NCBI GenBank assembly: GCA_963716745.1
Contig: OY970320.1
Span: forward strand, 1,824,001 to 1,888,000
Source: an uncultured Gemmatimonadaceae bacterium
GTDB lineage: Bacteria > Gemmatimonadota > Gemmatimonadetes > Gemmatimonadales > Gemmatimonadaceae
DNA length: 64,000 nt
Reading direction: 5' to 3'
In this document: positions 10,072 through 19,811 of the stretch, piece after piece
Layout: each line of letters opens with the position of its first letter
Position numbering within the stretch: the stretch's first letter is position 1
Program-made: the position numbers and the translations under genes
The notes under the pieces: model-generated
Databases searched by the model: none
What the model was told of the DNA's origin: nothing
The model's input: only the letters and a program-made list of their open reading frames with translations

Positions 10072-11436
10072 TCAGTACTTAGCGAGATAATTCTCCAACT
10101 CCCAAGCACTCACCTGCCCGATGTAATCCCGCCATTCCTGCCGTTTCGCCGCGACGAAATGACTCGCGATATGTGTCCCCAACGCATTCGTGATGACCTT
10201 GTCCTTCTCGAGCTCATCACACGCCTCGTTGAGATCGTGCGGCAGATCATCGATGCGCAGGCGGCGTTTCTCGCGGAAACTCATCTCCCAAATGTTCTCG
10301 TTCACCGGCTCCCGGTGGTCGGCCTTGGTCTCGATGCCGTCCAGTCCCGCCGCGAGCATCACGGTGAGCGCGAGATACGGGTTCGCCGCCGGGTCGGGCA
10401 CGCGGAGCTCCACGCGCGTGCCGAGCCCGCGCCGGTCGGGGATGCGGATCATCGGCGACCGGTTGCGCATCGACCACGCCACGTTCACCGGCGCTTCGTA
10501 GCCCGGCACGAGCCGCTTGTAGGAGTTCACCAGCGGATTCGTGATCGCACAGTAGCCGCGCGCGTGACGCAGCAGGCCGCCGATGTAGTGCAGCGCCGTC
10601 TTGCTCAGCTCCCACTCGGCCTTCGGGTCCCAGAACGCGTTCTCCTTTCCGCGGAAGAGCGACTGGTGCGTGTGCATCCCGCTCCCGTTCTGGCCGAACA
10701 CCGGCTTCGGCATGAAGCTCGCGACGAGTCCGAACTGCTGCGCGACGTATTTCACGACGAAGCGGAAGGTGGCGATGTTGTCCGCCGTCGTGAGCGCGTC
10801 GGCATAGCGGAAATCGATCTCGTGCTGCCCGTGCGCCACCTCGTGGTGCGCCGCTTCCACCTCGAAGCCCATGCGCTCGAGGATGTCCACGATATTCCGC
10901 CGCGCATCTTCGCCCAGGTCCACCGGGGCGAGGTCGAAGTACGCGCCGACGTCGTGCGTCTCCGTGGTGGCGCTCCCGTCGGCCGCCCGCTTGAACATGA
11001 AGAACTCGGCTTCCATGCCGGCGTTCATCGTGTAGCCATGCTTCCGCGCGAGGGCGATCTGACGCTTCAGCGCGCCGCGCGGATCGCCGGCGAACGGTTC
11101 ACCGTCGGGCGTGTTGATGTCGCAGATGATGCGCGCGACCTTGTTCTGCGCGCTCTCCCACGGGAAGATCTGGAACGTCGAGAGGTCGGGCGCGAGCAGC
11201 ATGTCGGACTCCTCGATGCGCACGAACCCCTCGATCGAAGAACCGTCGAACATGATGTCCCCGTCCAGCGCCTTCTCGAACTGCGACGCCGGGATCTCCA
11301 CGTTCTTGTTCACACCCAGGATGTCGGTGAACTGGAGGCGCAGGAACCGCACGTTGTTCGCGCGCGTCAGCTCGAGGATCTCCTTCTTCGAGGCGCCCGC
11401 CGTTCTGGGCGCCGGCGGATGCGAGCGATGCGGCAC
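10072..11436 (-). CDS. glnA: Glutamine synthetase type I (GSI-alpha-like)
   Basis: RFLRLQFTDILG, FDGSSIEGFVRIEESDM, HHEVAHGQHEID, MPKPVFGQNGSGMH, NSYKRLVPGYEAP; GTG at 11436 after GAGG. Confidence 0.95.
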   Translation of the reverse strand: MPHRSHPPAPRTAGASKKEILELTRANNVRFLRLQFTDILGVNKNVEIPASQFEKALDGDIMFDGSSIEGFVRIEESDMLLAPDLSTFQIFPWESAQNKVARIICDINTPDGEPFAGDPRGALKRQIALARKHGYTMNAGMEAEFFMFKRAADGSATTETHDVGAYFDLAPVDLGEDARRNIVDILERMGFEVEAAHHEVAHGQHEIDFRYADALTTADNIATFRFVVKYVAQQFGLVASFMPKPVFGQNGSGMHTHQSLFRGKENAFWDPKAEWELSKTALHYIGGLLRHARGYCAITNPLVNSYKRLVPGYEAPVNVAWSMRNRSPMIRIPDRRGLGTRVELRVPDPAANPYLALTVMLAAGLDGIETKADHREPVNENIWEMSFREKRRLRIDDLPHDLNEACDELEKDKVITNALGTHIASHFVAAKRQEWRDYIGQVSAWELENYLAKY

Positions 11437-11469
11437 GAATACCTCACGATGCGGAGCGATGGGGAGCCC

Positions 11470-11527
11470 AACGTATGGGCGATCCGTCATTCTGTCAAAG
11501 GAAACGTGCACGATCTGCAATTTCCGG
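11470..11527 (-). promoter_or_regulatory. sigma70-type glnA promoter with upstream operator
   Basis: Minus strand TTGACA (11493-11498)-N17-TACGTT (11470-11475); motif CGTGCA-N5-TGCAATTTCCGG at 11505-11527 (+). Confidence 0.65.
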
Positions 11528-11571
11528 GAGACACATCGCGCTCCCGCGGCGTCTCGCTTAGCTTTCCGCCC

Positions 11572-12390
11572 ATGATGAGCGATCCGTCGGCCCTGGTCAC
11601 GTGCCCCAATTGCGGGCATTCCGCGAGCGGGAAATTCTGTTCCGAGTGCGGGGCCACGCTCACTGGCGGCGTGTGCGCGTCCTGCAAGGCCGAACTCGCT
11701 CCGGGCGCGAAGTTCTGTCACCGCTGCGGCACGCCTACGGGCGCAGCGACCAAACGCGCCCCTGCGGTTGAGGAGACCACGGCTCCGGTGTCCCCCGCGG
11801 CCACCGGATTCGCCGCGATGGCACCATGGGCGGTCGGCGGCATCGCGCTCGTCGCCTTCATCGTGCTCGCGATGTCCCGCCGCTTCAGTGAGGACGCCCC
11901 CGCGGCGGCCGCCAACACTCCGCTCGCCAGCGCCGGCCCGATGGCCGGCGGCACCGCACCCGACATCAGCTCGATGTCGATGAGCGAAGCAGCCGCTCGC
12001 CTTTACAACCGCATCATGCGCCTCGATTCCGAAGGCAAGAAGGACAGCGTCGCCATCTTCGCGCCGATGGCGATCCGCGCCTTCCAGATGATCCCGCCGG
12101 CCGAAGTCGACGCCGACGCGCGCTACGATGTCGGCCGCGTCGCCCAGATCGCCGGCGCCCTCCCGCTCGCGCGCGCGCAAGCGGACACGATCCTCGCCGC
12201 CGCACCCACGGACCTGCTCGGCCTCACGCTCGCCATGCGCGTCGCGCGCGACATGGGCGACACGAAGGCTGCCGCGCGCTACGGCAAGCGCCTCATCGCC
12301 GCCGCGCCTGCCGAGCGCAAAAGAGATGTGCCCGCCTACCAGGCGCACGCGGCCGACATCGATCACGCTCTCAAGGAAGCGGCGCAGTAA
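11572..12390 (+). CDS. Double zinc-ribbon membrane protein with helical C-terminal domain
   Basis: CPNC..FCSECG..CASC..FCHRCG; one TM segment ([16 protein letters not shown]). Confidence 0.75.
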   Translation: MMSDPSALVTCPNCGHSASGKFCSECGATLTGGVCASCKAELAPGAKFCHRCGTPTGAATKRAPAVEETTAPVSPAATGFAAMAPWAVGGIALVAFIVLAMSRRFSEDAPAAAANTPLASAGPMAGGTAPDISSMSMSEAAARLYNRIMRLDSEGKKDSVAIFAPMAIRAFQMIPPAEVDADARYDVGRVAQIAGALPLARAQADTILAAAPTDLLGLTLAMRVARDMGDTKAAARYGKRLIAAAPAERKRDVPAYQAHAADIDHALKEAAQ

Positions 12391-12404
12391 CGCGTCGTCC
12401 CGCC

Positions 12405-13244
12405 ATGACAATTCGCACGATCCACGTCGCCCACAGTCCGGACTCCGACGACGCGTTCATGTTCTACGCGCTCGCCGAAGGCAAGATCGACACCGGCGAT
12501 CTCCGCTACGTGCATGAGCTGCAGGACATCGAGACGCTCAATCGCCGCGCGCTCAAGGCGGAACTCGAGGTCACCGCCGTGTCCATCCATGCATACGCGT
12601 ACCTCACCGACCGCTACGCGCTGCTCCCGCACGGTGCATCGATCGGCGATGGCTACGGCCCGCGCCTCGTGGCGCGCCAACCCTTCACGCGCGCGCAGGT
12701 GAGAGGCAAGCGCATCGCGATCCCCGGCACGCTCACCACCGCGTACCTCGCACTGCGCTTGTACGAGCCCGACTTCGAGGCTGTGCCGGTGCACTTCGAC
12801 AAGATCGAGGACGCGGTCGTGGCCGGCGAAGTGGATCTCGGTCTGCTCATCCACGAGGGGCAGCTCACGTACGGCGAGCGCGGCTTGCACCTCATCGCCG
12901 ACATGGGCGTGTGGTGGGCCGAGGAGACCGGCTTGCCGCTCCCGCTCGGCGGGAACGTCGTACGGAAGGACCTCGGCCCCGACACCGTGCGGCTCGTCTC
13001 GAAACACCTGCACGCCAGCATCGCGTATGCGCTCGATCACCGGAAGGGCGCGCTCGACCACGCGATGCGCTTCGCGCGCGGGCTGGACCGCGACAAGGCC
13101 GACACGTTCGTCGGCATGTACGTGAACGCGTGGACCCTCGATTACGGGGAGCGCGGACGCCGCGCCGTGGCGGAATTGCTCGCGCGCGGCACGCGGTCGG
13201 GCATCATTCCGCATGCGGCGAACGTGGAGTTCGTGGACGCCTAA
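12405..13244 (+). CDS. mqnD: 1,4-dihydroxy-6-naphthoate synthase (futalosine menaquinone pathway), MqnA/MqnD family
   Basis: [50 protein letters not shown]. Confidence 0.85.
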   Translation: MTIRTIHVAHSPDSDDAFMFYALAEGKIDTGDLRYVHELQDIETLNRRALKAELEVTAVSIHAYAYLTDRYALLPHGASIGDGYGPRLVARQPFTRAQVRGKRIAIPGTLTTAYLALRLYEPDFEAVPVHFDKIEDAVVAGEVDLGLLIHEGQLTYGERGLHLIADMGVWWAEETGLPLPLGGNVVRKDLGPDTVRLVSKHLHASIAYALDHRKGALDHAMRFARGLDRDKADTFVGMYVNAWTLDYGERGRRAVAELLARGTRSGIIPHAANVEFVDA

Positions 13245-13383
13245 GAGCGCCCTAATCACTGCGGGTTACAGAGGGCGAACGCGGTCGTCACTGCCCCGTG
13301 GATCTACACCGCCGTAGCTTTTGGGTCCGCGCGACGCGCCCCGTGTTCGCGCGTTCGATCTCCCGCTGCGCGTGTGGGCTGAC

Positions 13384-16059
13384 ATGACCACGCCGACCAC
13401 CAAGGACGTTCCGATCCACGAGCCGACGGCGCCGGCGAGCGATGTCTCGCAGGGCGCGCGTGAAGCGCGCGCGCTCGCGGAGATCGTGCACGAGATCAAT
13501 CAATCACCCGAACTCCATCGCGTGTTCGCGCTCATCACGCGGCACGCGACGGAATTGCTTGGCGCCGAGGGGGCGTCGGTGGGCATGCTCGAGAACGGTG
13601 AATTCTCCACCGTGGGCGCCTGGGGCGAAGCGCGCACCGGCGTCGGATCGCATATCGCGATCGACGATGCGCTCTGCGCGGACGCGTTCCGCGCCAGCCG
13701 GCCGATGCGGCGGGCGATCGCCTCGGCGGCCGCCGCGCCGCGCAACGTCGTCGCCGCGCCGGTGCTGGTCTCGCAGCGCGCCGTGGGCGCGATCACCGTC
13801 ATCGGCGGCGCGGCGCGCGATTTCAGCGAGCACGACGAGCAGATCCTGCTCGCGCTCGCGAATCACGCCGCGCTCGCGATCGAGAACGCGCGCCTGCTGC
13901 GCGCCTCCGTCCGCACGCTGCGTCACGCGGGCATCCTCGCCACTTCTGCGCGCAGCCTCGCGCTCAACGTCTCGCCGCAGACAATGTACGCCGACATTTG
14001 GCGCATCGCGCACCAGTCGCTCGGCGCCGACGGCATCTCGATCTTCCTCGCCGACCCGGGCACGCGCTCCGTGGAACTCGGCTTCGCCGGCGGCCTCGCC
14101 GCCGACCTGGTGGACCGCATCCTCCCCGCCTTCTGGGAGACCTTCGCCGGACGCTCGCTCACCACCGGCGTCGCCGATTTCCGCCGGAATCTGCACACCG
14201 TCGGCGACCGCCCGATCTCGCGGCAGATGATCGAACGCGGCATCAACGCGATCGCGATGCTCCCGCTCGTCGTCGAGGGACGGCCCCGTGGCCTGCTCTC
14301 GCTGCGCTTCCGCGAACTCCAGGCGTTCGAGCCCGAACAGCGGCAACTGCTCACCGACTTCAGCTCGCACGCCGCCGTCGCGCTGCGCAACGCGCTCCTG
14401 CTCGAGCGCACGGAGCAGCGCGCCGCGCGGTTCTCCGCCGTCGCCAAGGTGCAGCAGGCGATCTCCGGCGTGCTCTCGCTCGCCGAAGTGTACGCCGAGA
14501 TCTACCGCGCGGTCGCGTCCGTGGTGGACGCGCCGAGCTTCACGCTCATGCGCTTCGACGAGGAATCGCAGGAGTTCATCCCCGAATACGTCGTGGACGA
14601 TGGCCGCTCGATCGACTGCGCCGACCTGCCGCGATTCCCGCTCGGCGAAGGGATCACCAGCCAGGCGTACCGTCTGCGTGCGCCAAGTGTCGTGTCACGC
14701 ACGGCCGCCGGATGGACCGGTCCCACGATCGAGATCGGCGACACGAACAGTCCGGCGGCGCTTCTGAGCGCGCCCATCGTGCATGGTGACCGCGTCCTTG
14801 GTGTGCTGCAGGCGCAGTCGTTCTCTCACGACGCCTATGACTGGGGCGATGTGGACCTCGTGATGCTCATCGCGCGCCAGGCGGGCACCGCGATCGCGAA
14901 CGCGCATCTCTTCGAGGCAGAGCGCCACGAGCGGCTCGAAGCCGAAGCCGCCGCCGAAGTGGCGCGTGTCGCGCTGCGCGCTCCCACCGTGGACATCGCC
15001 GCGCGCGAGATCCTGCGTCTGCTCGACGAGGTCGCGCCCTCGCGCGCGTGGGCGCTCGCCGTCGAACAGACCACCGATGCGGGACTCCGCGTCGCCGGCG
15101 CGCGCGGTGATGCCGCCGACCTCGCCGACACGCTCCTCCCGCCGGGCGTCGCTCCGACCATCCCGGGCGCTTGGGACGCCGTGCTCGCTGTCGTCGCGCG
15201 CGATCACGCGGTGGGGCTCCTCGCGATCGGCGCCGCGGTGCCGGGCGCGGCGCGCCGCCTCGCCACGGTCACGCGCCTCCTCCCGTCCATCGCGCTCGCA
15301 CTGCACAGCATCCGCATGCGCGACGAGGAACGCCGGCTCGCCGAACAGATCCGGCAGTCCGAGAAGCTCGCCGCGCTCGGGGAACTCGTCGCCGGCGTCG
15401 CGCACGAGGTGAACAATCCGCTCGCGGGGATCTCGGCGTTCGCGCAACTGCTGCAAGAGGATCGGCTTACCGCGGAGCAGCGCGAGGCCGTCCAGATGAT
15501 CAAGCGCGAAGCCGACCGCGCGGTCGCCGTGATCCGCGATCTGCTCACCTTCGCGCGCAAGTCGGGCCCGCGCTACGTCGCCGTGGATATGAACGCGCTC
15601 ATCGAGCAGACCCTCCGCCTGCGCCAGTACGGCCTGCGCACCGCCGGCGTGGAGGTCGAGCTCCGGCTCGAGCCGGATCTCAAGCCGCTGCATGGCGATG
15701 ACCGTCAGCTCCAGCAGGTGCTGCTCAATCTCATCGTGAACGCCGAACATGCGATGGCGCAGTCGTCGCACCGTTCGCTCAAACTCCGCACGATGAACGA
15801 CGGCCCGCGGATCGTGATCGAAGTGAGCGACAGCGGCGTCGGCATGCCGCCCGAATTGCAGGCACGGATCTTCGAGCCGTTCTTCACGACGAAGGGCGAG
15901 GGCAAGGGCACTGGCCTCGGGCTGTCCGTCAGCTACGGCATCGTGCACACGCACGGCGGCACGCTGCAGGTCGAGAGCATTCCCGGCGGTGGTTCGACGT
16001 TCCGCATCGGGCTGCCCGCCGACCGGCGCGCGCCGTCCATCGCTGCACCCTCCGCATGA
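13384..16059 (+). CDS. Cytoplasmic multi-GAF sensor histidine kinase
   Basis: Three to four GAF-like repeats ([27 protein letters not shown]); H-box AHEVNNPL, N-box [29 protein letters not shown]. Confidence 0.9.
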   Translation: MTTPTTKDVPIHEPTAPASDVSQGAREARALAEIVHEINQSPELHRVFALITRHATELLGAEGASVGMLENGEFSTVGAWGEARTGVGSHIAIDDALCADAFRASRPMRRAIASAAAAPRNVVAAPVLVSQRAVGAITVIGGAARDFSEHDEQILLALANHAALAIENARLLRASVRTLRHAGILATSARSLALNVSPQTMYADIWRIAHQSLGADGISIFLADPGTRSVELGFAGGLAADLVDRILPAFWETFAGRSLTTGVADFRRNLHTVGDRPISRQMIERGINAIAMLPLVVEGRPRGLLSLRFRELQAFEPEQRQLLTDFSSHAAVALRNALLLERTEQRAARFSAVAKVQQAISGVLSLAEVYAEIYRAVASVVDAPSFTLMRFDEESQEFIPEYVVDDGRSIDCADLPRFPLGEGITSQAYRLRAPSVVSRTAAGWTGPTIEIGDTNSPAALLSAPIVHGDRVLGVLQAQSFSHDAYDWGDVDLVMLIARQAGTAIANAHLFEAERHERLEAEAAAEVARVALRAPTVDIAAREILRLLDEVAPSRAWALAVEQTTDAGLRVAGARGDAADLADTLLPPGVAPTIPGAWDAVLAVVARDHAVGLLAIGAAVPGAARRLATVTRLLPSIALALHSIRMRDEERRLAEQIRQSEKLAALGELVAGVAHEVNNPLAGISAFAQLLQEDRLTAEQREAVQMIKREADRAVAVIRDLLTFARKSGPRYVAVDMNALIEQTLRLRQYGLRTAGVEVELRLEPDLKPLHGDDRQLQQVLLNLIVNAEHAMAQSSHRSLKLRTMNDGPRIVIEVSDSGVGMPPELQARIFEPFFTTKGEGKGTGLGLSVSYGIVHTHGGTLQVESIPGGGSTFRIGLPADRRAPSIAAPSA

Positions 16060-17126
16060 CCAGCGTCACCGTGGCGCCACCCGATCGCGACGCGGCCCGC
16101 GTACTGGTCGTGGACGATGATGAGACGATCCGCGTCGCGCTCTCGCGATTCCTGCGTTCGCGCGGGTATGTCGTGACCGCCGTCGGGTCTGCCTCTGATG
16201 CGCTCGCCGCCTTGGACCGCGACCATTGCGATGTCGCGCTCTGCGATGTGCGCATGCCCGGCATGACCGGCATGGAACTTCTCCCGGCGGCGCTCCGGAA
16301 GAATCCGGAACTCGCGGTCGTCATGCTCACCGCGGTGAACGACGCGCCCACCGCCACCGAGGCGCTGGCGCTCGGCGCATCGGATTATCTCGTGAAGCCG
16401 GTCGAGCTCGTGGACCTGCAGCAGGCCGTCGAGCGCGCCCTGCACCGGCGCTCGCTGCTGCGCGAGCAGAGCCGCGTGGAGCGCCTCGTTCGCGACGAGG
16501 TCGTACTGCGCACGACCGAGCTCGAGCGCGAGAAATCCGCGCTGCGCGATCTCACCGTGGAGGTCGCCGAGACACTGATCAACGCGATGGAGGCGAAGAG
16601 CATCTTCCTGCGCGGGCATTCGCAGCGCGTTGGCGAGCTCGCGGCGTCCATCGCCGGCGAGCTCGGGCTCGACAACGACACCATCGAGGCCGTGCGCCTC
16701 GCCGGCAGCCTTCACGATGTCGGCAAGATCGGTACGCGCGAGGCGGTGCTCAACAAGCCGGCCGCGCTCACCGCCGATGAGCAGGACCACGTGCGCGACC
16801 ACGTGCGGATCGGTGTCGAGATCCTCGCGCCGCTGCGGTATCTCGGACCGGTCCTCGACTACATCCAGGACCACCACGAGCAGTTCGATGGCGCCGGCTA
16901 TCCGCGCGGACTCGCGGGCGAGGCCATCTCGCTCGGCGGCCGTATCCTTGCGGCCGCGGATGCGTTCGACGCCCTCACGTCGCGCCGCGCATACCGCGAG
17001 CCGCTCCATCCCGCCGAAGCGATCGAATTCCTCGAGGGCGCGGCGGGCGCGAGGCTCGACCCCTCGGTGTTCCGCGCGCTGCGGAGTTGCGTCCTGCGCC
17101 GTCGGTCGCTGACGTTCATCGAGTAG
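16056..17126 (+). CDS. Response regulator with HD-GYP phosphodiesterase domain (RpfG-like)
   Basis: REC (VLVVDDD, DVRMPG, YLVKP); HDVGK and HHEQFDGAGYP; overlaps kinase stop. Confidence 0.9.
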   Translation: MTSVTVAPPDRDAARVLVVDDDETIRVALSRFLRSRGYVVTAVGSASDALAALDRDHCDVALCDVRMPGMTGMELLPAALRKNPELAVVMLTAVNDAPTATEALALGASDYLVKPVELVDLQQAVERALHRRSLLREQSRVERLVRDEVVLRTTELEREKSALRDLTVEVAETLINAMEAKSIFLRGHSQRVGELAASIAGELGLDNDTIEAVRLAGSLHDVGKIGTREAVLNKPAALTADEQDHVRDHVRIGVEILAPLRYLGPVLDYIQDHHEQFDGAGYPRGLAGEAISLGGRILAAADAFDALTSRRAYREPLHPAEAIEFLEGAAGARLDPSVFRALRSCVLRRRSLTFIE

Positions 17127-17204
17127 CGCCGCGGGGTCCGAAGGCCGCCGACAGCACTTTTGCGGCCTTCCGCGTAGATTTGGCGGACCTTTCCATCAGA
17201 GACG

Positions 17205-18665
17205 ATTATCAGTCAGCCACGCCTCGCCACGGCCGCCATCGCGGCCGTGTTCGCTCTCGCCTGCACCGGCACGCCGCACGTTGACGGCGAGGCCGGGACC
17301 AGTCCCGCGCCCAATGCGCTGTGGACGCCACCGGCGCATCGCGACAGCGCAGTGGCGCACCCCGCGCCGCTCACGCTGCCCCCCGACATGCAGGCGCGCA
17401 TCGACAGCCTCACCCTGGGCGACGTGGTCGATCTCGCGCTGCGGAACAATCCCTCCACGCGCATCTCGTGGGAGAATGCGCGCGCCGCGGCGGCCGCATA
17501 TGGCAGCGCGCAGGGCGACTACTATCCCACCATCGATCTCGGCGTGAGCAGCACGCGCTCGCGCTCGCTCACCAGCACCGGCGGCGTGACCGCCGACCAG
17601 ACTGTGAGCGGGCCCACGGCTTCGCTGTCGTGGCTCGTGTTCGATATCGGAGGCCGCTCCGGGTCGATCTCGTTCGCCAAGAACTCCCTCATCGCCGCCG
17701 ACTGGACGCACAACGGCACGATCCAGAACGTCGTGCTCCAGGTCCAGACCGCGTATTTCAACTACGTGGCCAATCGCGCGCTGCGCGATGCGCAACAGCT
17801 CACGCTGCAGGAAGCGCAAACGAATTATCAGGCCACCGTCGAGCGCCGCCGCCAGGGGCTCGCGACCATCGCCGACGAACTCCAGGCCAAGACCCAGCAG
17901 TCGCAGGCCCAGCTGGCGCTCGAGACCACCGAGGGCGGCATCCTCATCACGCGCGGATCGCTCGCGAACGCGATGGGCTTCCCCGCGAATCTGCCTTACG
18001 ACATCGCCGGCATCCCGCCGCTGCGGATCGGCGTCGTCACCGACAGCGTGGACACGCTCATCGAGCGCGCGGTGAACGCCCGCCCCGACCTCGCGTCGGC
18101 GCGCGCCGAGGCCGAGGCCGCCGCCGCGAACGTGTCGATCGCGCGCAGCGCGCGGCTGCCGTCGCTCGAGATCAACGGCTCCGCCGGCCACAGCTACTTC
18201 AACGCGCTCGTGAGCGGCAACAACATCTACACGCTGAACATCGGCCTGAAGATCCCGCTCTTCTCGGGATTCTCGCGGGCCTACGATCAGCAGCGCGCCG
18301 AAGCGCAGGCGCGGAGCGCCAACGCGCAGGTCGAGAACGTCCGCCAGCAGGTGGTGCTCGAAGTTTTCTCGTCCTACTACGCCATGCAGACCGCCGCGCG
18401 CCGCGTCGCGACCGCCGACGACCTGCTCGCGAGCGCGAGCCAATCCGCCGAAGTGGCGCTGGGCCGGTACAAGGCGGGCGTGGGATCCATCATCGATCTG
18501 CTCACCGCCCAGAGCGCGCTCGCCGATGCGCGCGCCCAGGCCATCGAGACACGCTGGGTATGGCGCACGGCGCTCGCCCAGCTCGCGCATGACATCGGCA
18601 TCCTGGACGTTCGCGGCGAAAGTCCGCTGCGCATCACCGTCGACTCTTCCGTGAATAGAAAATGA
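17205..18665 (+). CDS. TolC-family outer membrane efflux lipoprotein (start uncertain)
   Basis: OEP-repeat pattern (LALRNNP, ARPDL, GRYKAGVGSIIDLLTAQ). In-frame IISQPRLATAAIAAVFALAC signal extends upstream of the first GTG (17247). Confidence 0.85.
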   Translation: MISQPRLATAAIAAVFALACTGTPHVDGEAGTSPAPNALWTPPAHRDSAVAHPAPLTLPPDMQARIDSLTLGDVVDLALRNNPSTRISWENARAAAAAYGSAQGDYYPTIDLGVSSTRSRSLTSTGGVTADQTVSGPTASLSWLVFDIGGRSGSISFAKNSLIAADWTHNGTIQNVVLQVQTAYFNYVANRALRDAQQLTLQEAQTNYQATVERRRQGLATIADELQAKTQQSQAQLALETTEGGILITRGSLANAMGFPANLPYDIAGIPPLRIGVVTDSVDTLIERAVNARPDLASARAEAEAAAANVSIARSARLPSLEINGSAGHSYFNALVSGNNIYTLNIGLKIPLFSGFSRAYDQQRAEAQARSANAQVENVRQQVVLEVFSSYYAMQTAARRVATADDLLASASQSAEVALGRYKAGVGSIIDLLTAQSALADARAQAIETRWVWRTALAQLAHDIGILDVRGESPLRITVDSSVNRK

Positions 18666-19804
18666 CCACGCTCCCTCTCCGCCGTTCACTCGCGATCGCC
18701 CTGCTGCTCCCACTCGCTGCCGCTGCGTGCAACAAGGGCGCCTCCGGCCCGCAGCAGGGGATCCCGGTCACCGTCGCTAAAGTGGCAAGGCAGGCGCTCC
18801 CGTATCAGATCGACGGAACGGGCACGGCCGAACCGCTGCAGACCGTCGCCATCGTCTCGCAGGTAGGCGGGCTGCTCACGAAGGTCGCGTTCAAGGAAGG
18901 CGAAGATGTGAAGGAAGGACAGCTGCTCCTGCAGATCGATCCGCGGCCGTACCAGGCGGCGCTCGACCAGGCGGTGGGCATTCTCGAGCGCGACAAGGCG
19001 CAACTCGCGAATTCCGAACTCGACCTCACGCGCTACGAGGCGCTCGCGGCGAAGGACTACGTCACTGCGCAGCAGTACGAACAGGCGAAGACCGCCGTCG
19101 TCGCCGGGCGCGCGACGGTGACGTCCGACCAGGCGAACGTCGAGACGGCGCGGCTCAACCTGCAGTTCGCGTCGATCCGTTCGCCGATCTCCGGGCGCGC
19201 CGGCAGTCTGCTCGTGAAGCAGGGGAATCTCGTGAAGGCCGGCGGCCAGCCGCTCGTCACGATCAACCAGATCCAGCCGATCCTCGTGCGTTTCGTCGTG
19301 CCGGTCGTCCACCTGCCGCAATTGCGCCAGTACGGCAGCGGCGCGCTCCCGGTGCAGGTGCATCCCGGTTCCACGAGCGGCGTGGGCAACACGTCCACCG
19401 GCGTGCTCAGCTTCGTGGACAACGCCGTGGACACGATGACGGGAACCATTCTGCTCAAGGCACGGTTCGAGAATAAGGATGCCACGCTCTGGCCCGGCGA
19501 ATTCGTGAGCGTGACGCTCAACCTCTTCACGCAGGCCGACGCGCTCGTGATCCCATCTTCCGCCGTGGTGCAGGGCCAGCAGGGATCGTTCGTCTTTGTC
19601 ATCAAGCAGGACCAGACCGCCGACCCGCGTCCGATCACGATCGGCCGCATCGCCGGCGATCTCACTACGATCGACAAGGGGCTGACCGAGGGGGAGACCG
19701 TCGTCACCGACGGGCAACTCCGCCTCACCGCCGGCTCGCACGTTCAGGTCAAGGGAGCGTCGACGGTCGGTGGGAGCGCCGCCGGCACGACCGCCAAGGA
19801 GTGA
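18662..19804 (+). CDS. RND efflux membrane fusion protein
   Basis: GQLLLQIDPRPYQAAL, IRSPISGRAG, DNAVDTMTGT, LWPGEFV; lipobox AAAC. Confidence 0.92.
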   Translation: MTTLPLRRSLAIALLLPLAAAACNKGASGPQQGIPVTVAKVARQALPYQIDGTGTAEPLQTVAIVSQVGGLLTKVAFKEGEDVKEGQLLLQIDPRPYQAALDQAVGILERDKAQLANSELDLTRYEALAAKDYVTAQQYEQAKTAVVAGRATVTSDQANVETARLNLQFASIRSPISGRAGSLLVKQGNLVKAGGQPLVTINQIQPILVRFVVPVVHLPQLRQYGSGALPVQVHPGSTSGVGNTSTGVLSFVDNAVDTMTGTILLKARFENKDATLWPGEFVSVTLNLFTQADALVIPSSAVVQGQQGSFVFVIKQDQTADPRPITIGRIAGDLTTIDKGLTEGETVVTDGQLRLTAGSHVQVKGASTVGGSAAGTTAKE

Positions 19805-19811
19805 TCGACCC

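Noticed and set aside
9982..12411. 802-aa and 779-aa overlapping antiparallel ORFs
   Set aside because: Each is a real gene (zinc-ribbon protein or glnA) extended by the stop-poor antisense frame of the other, typical of high-GC DNA
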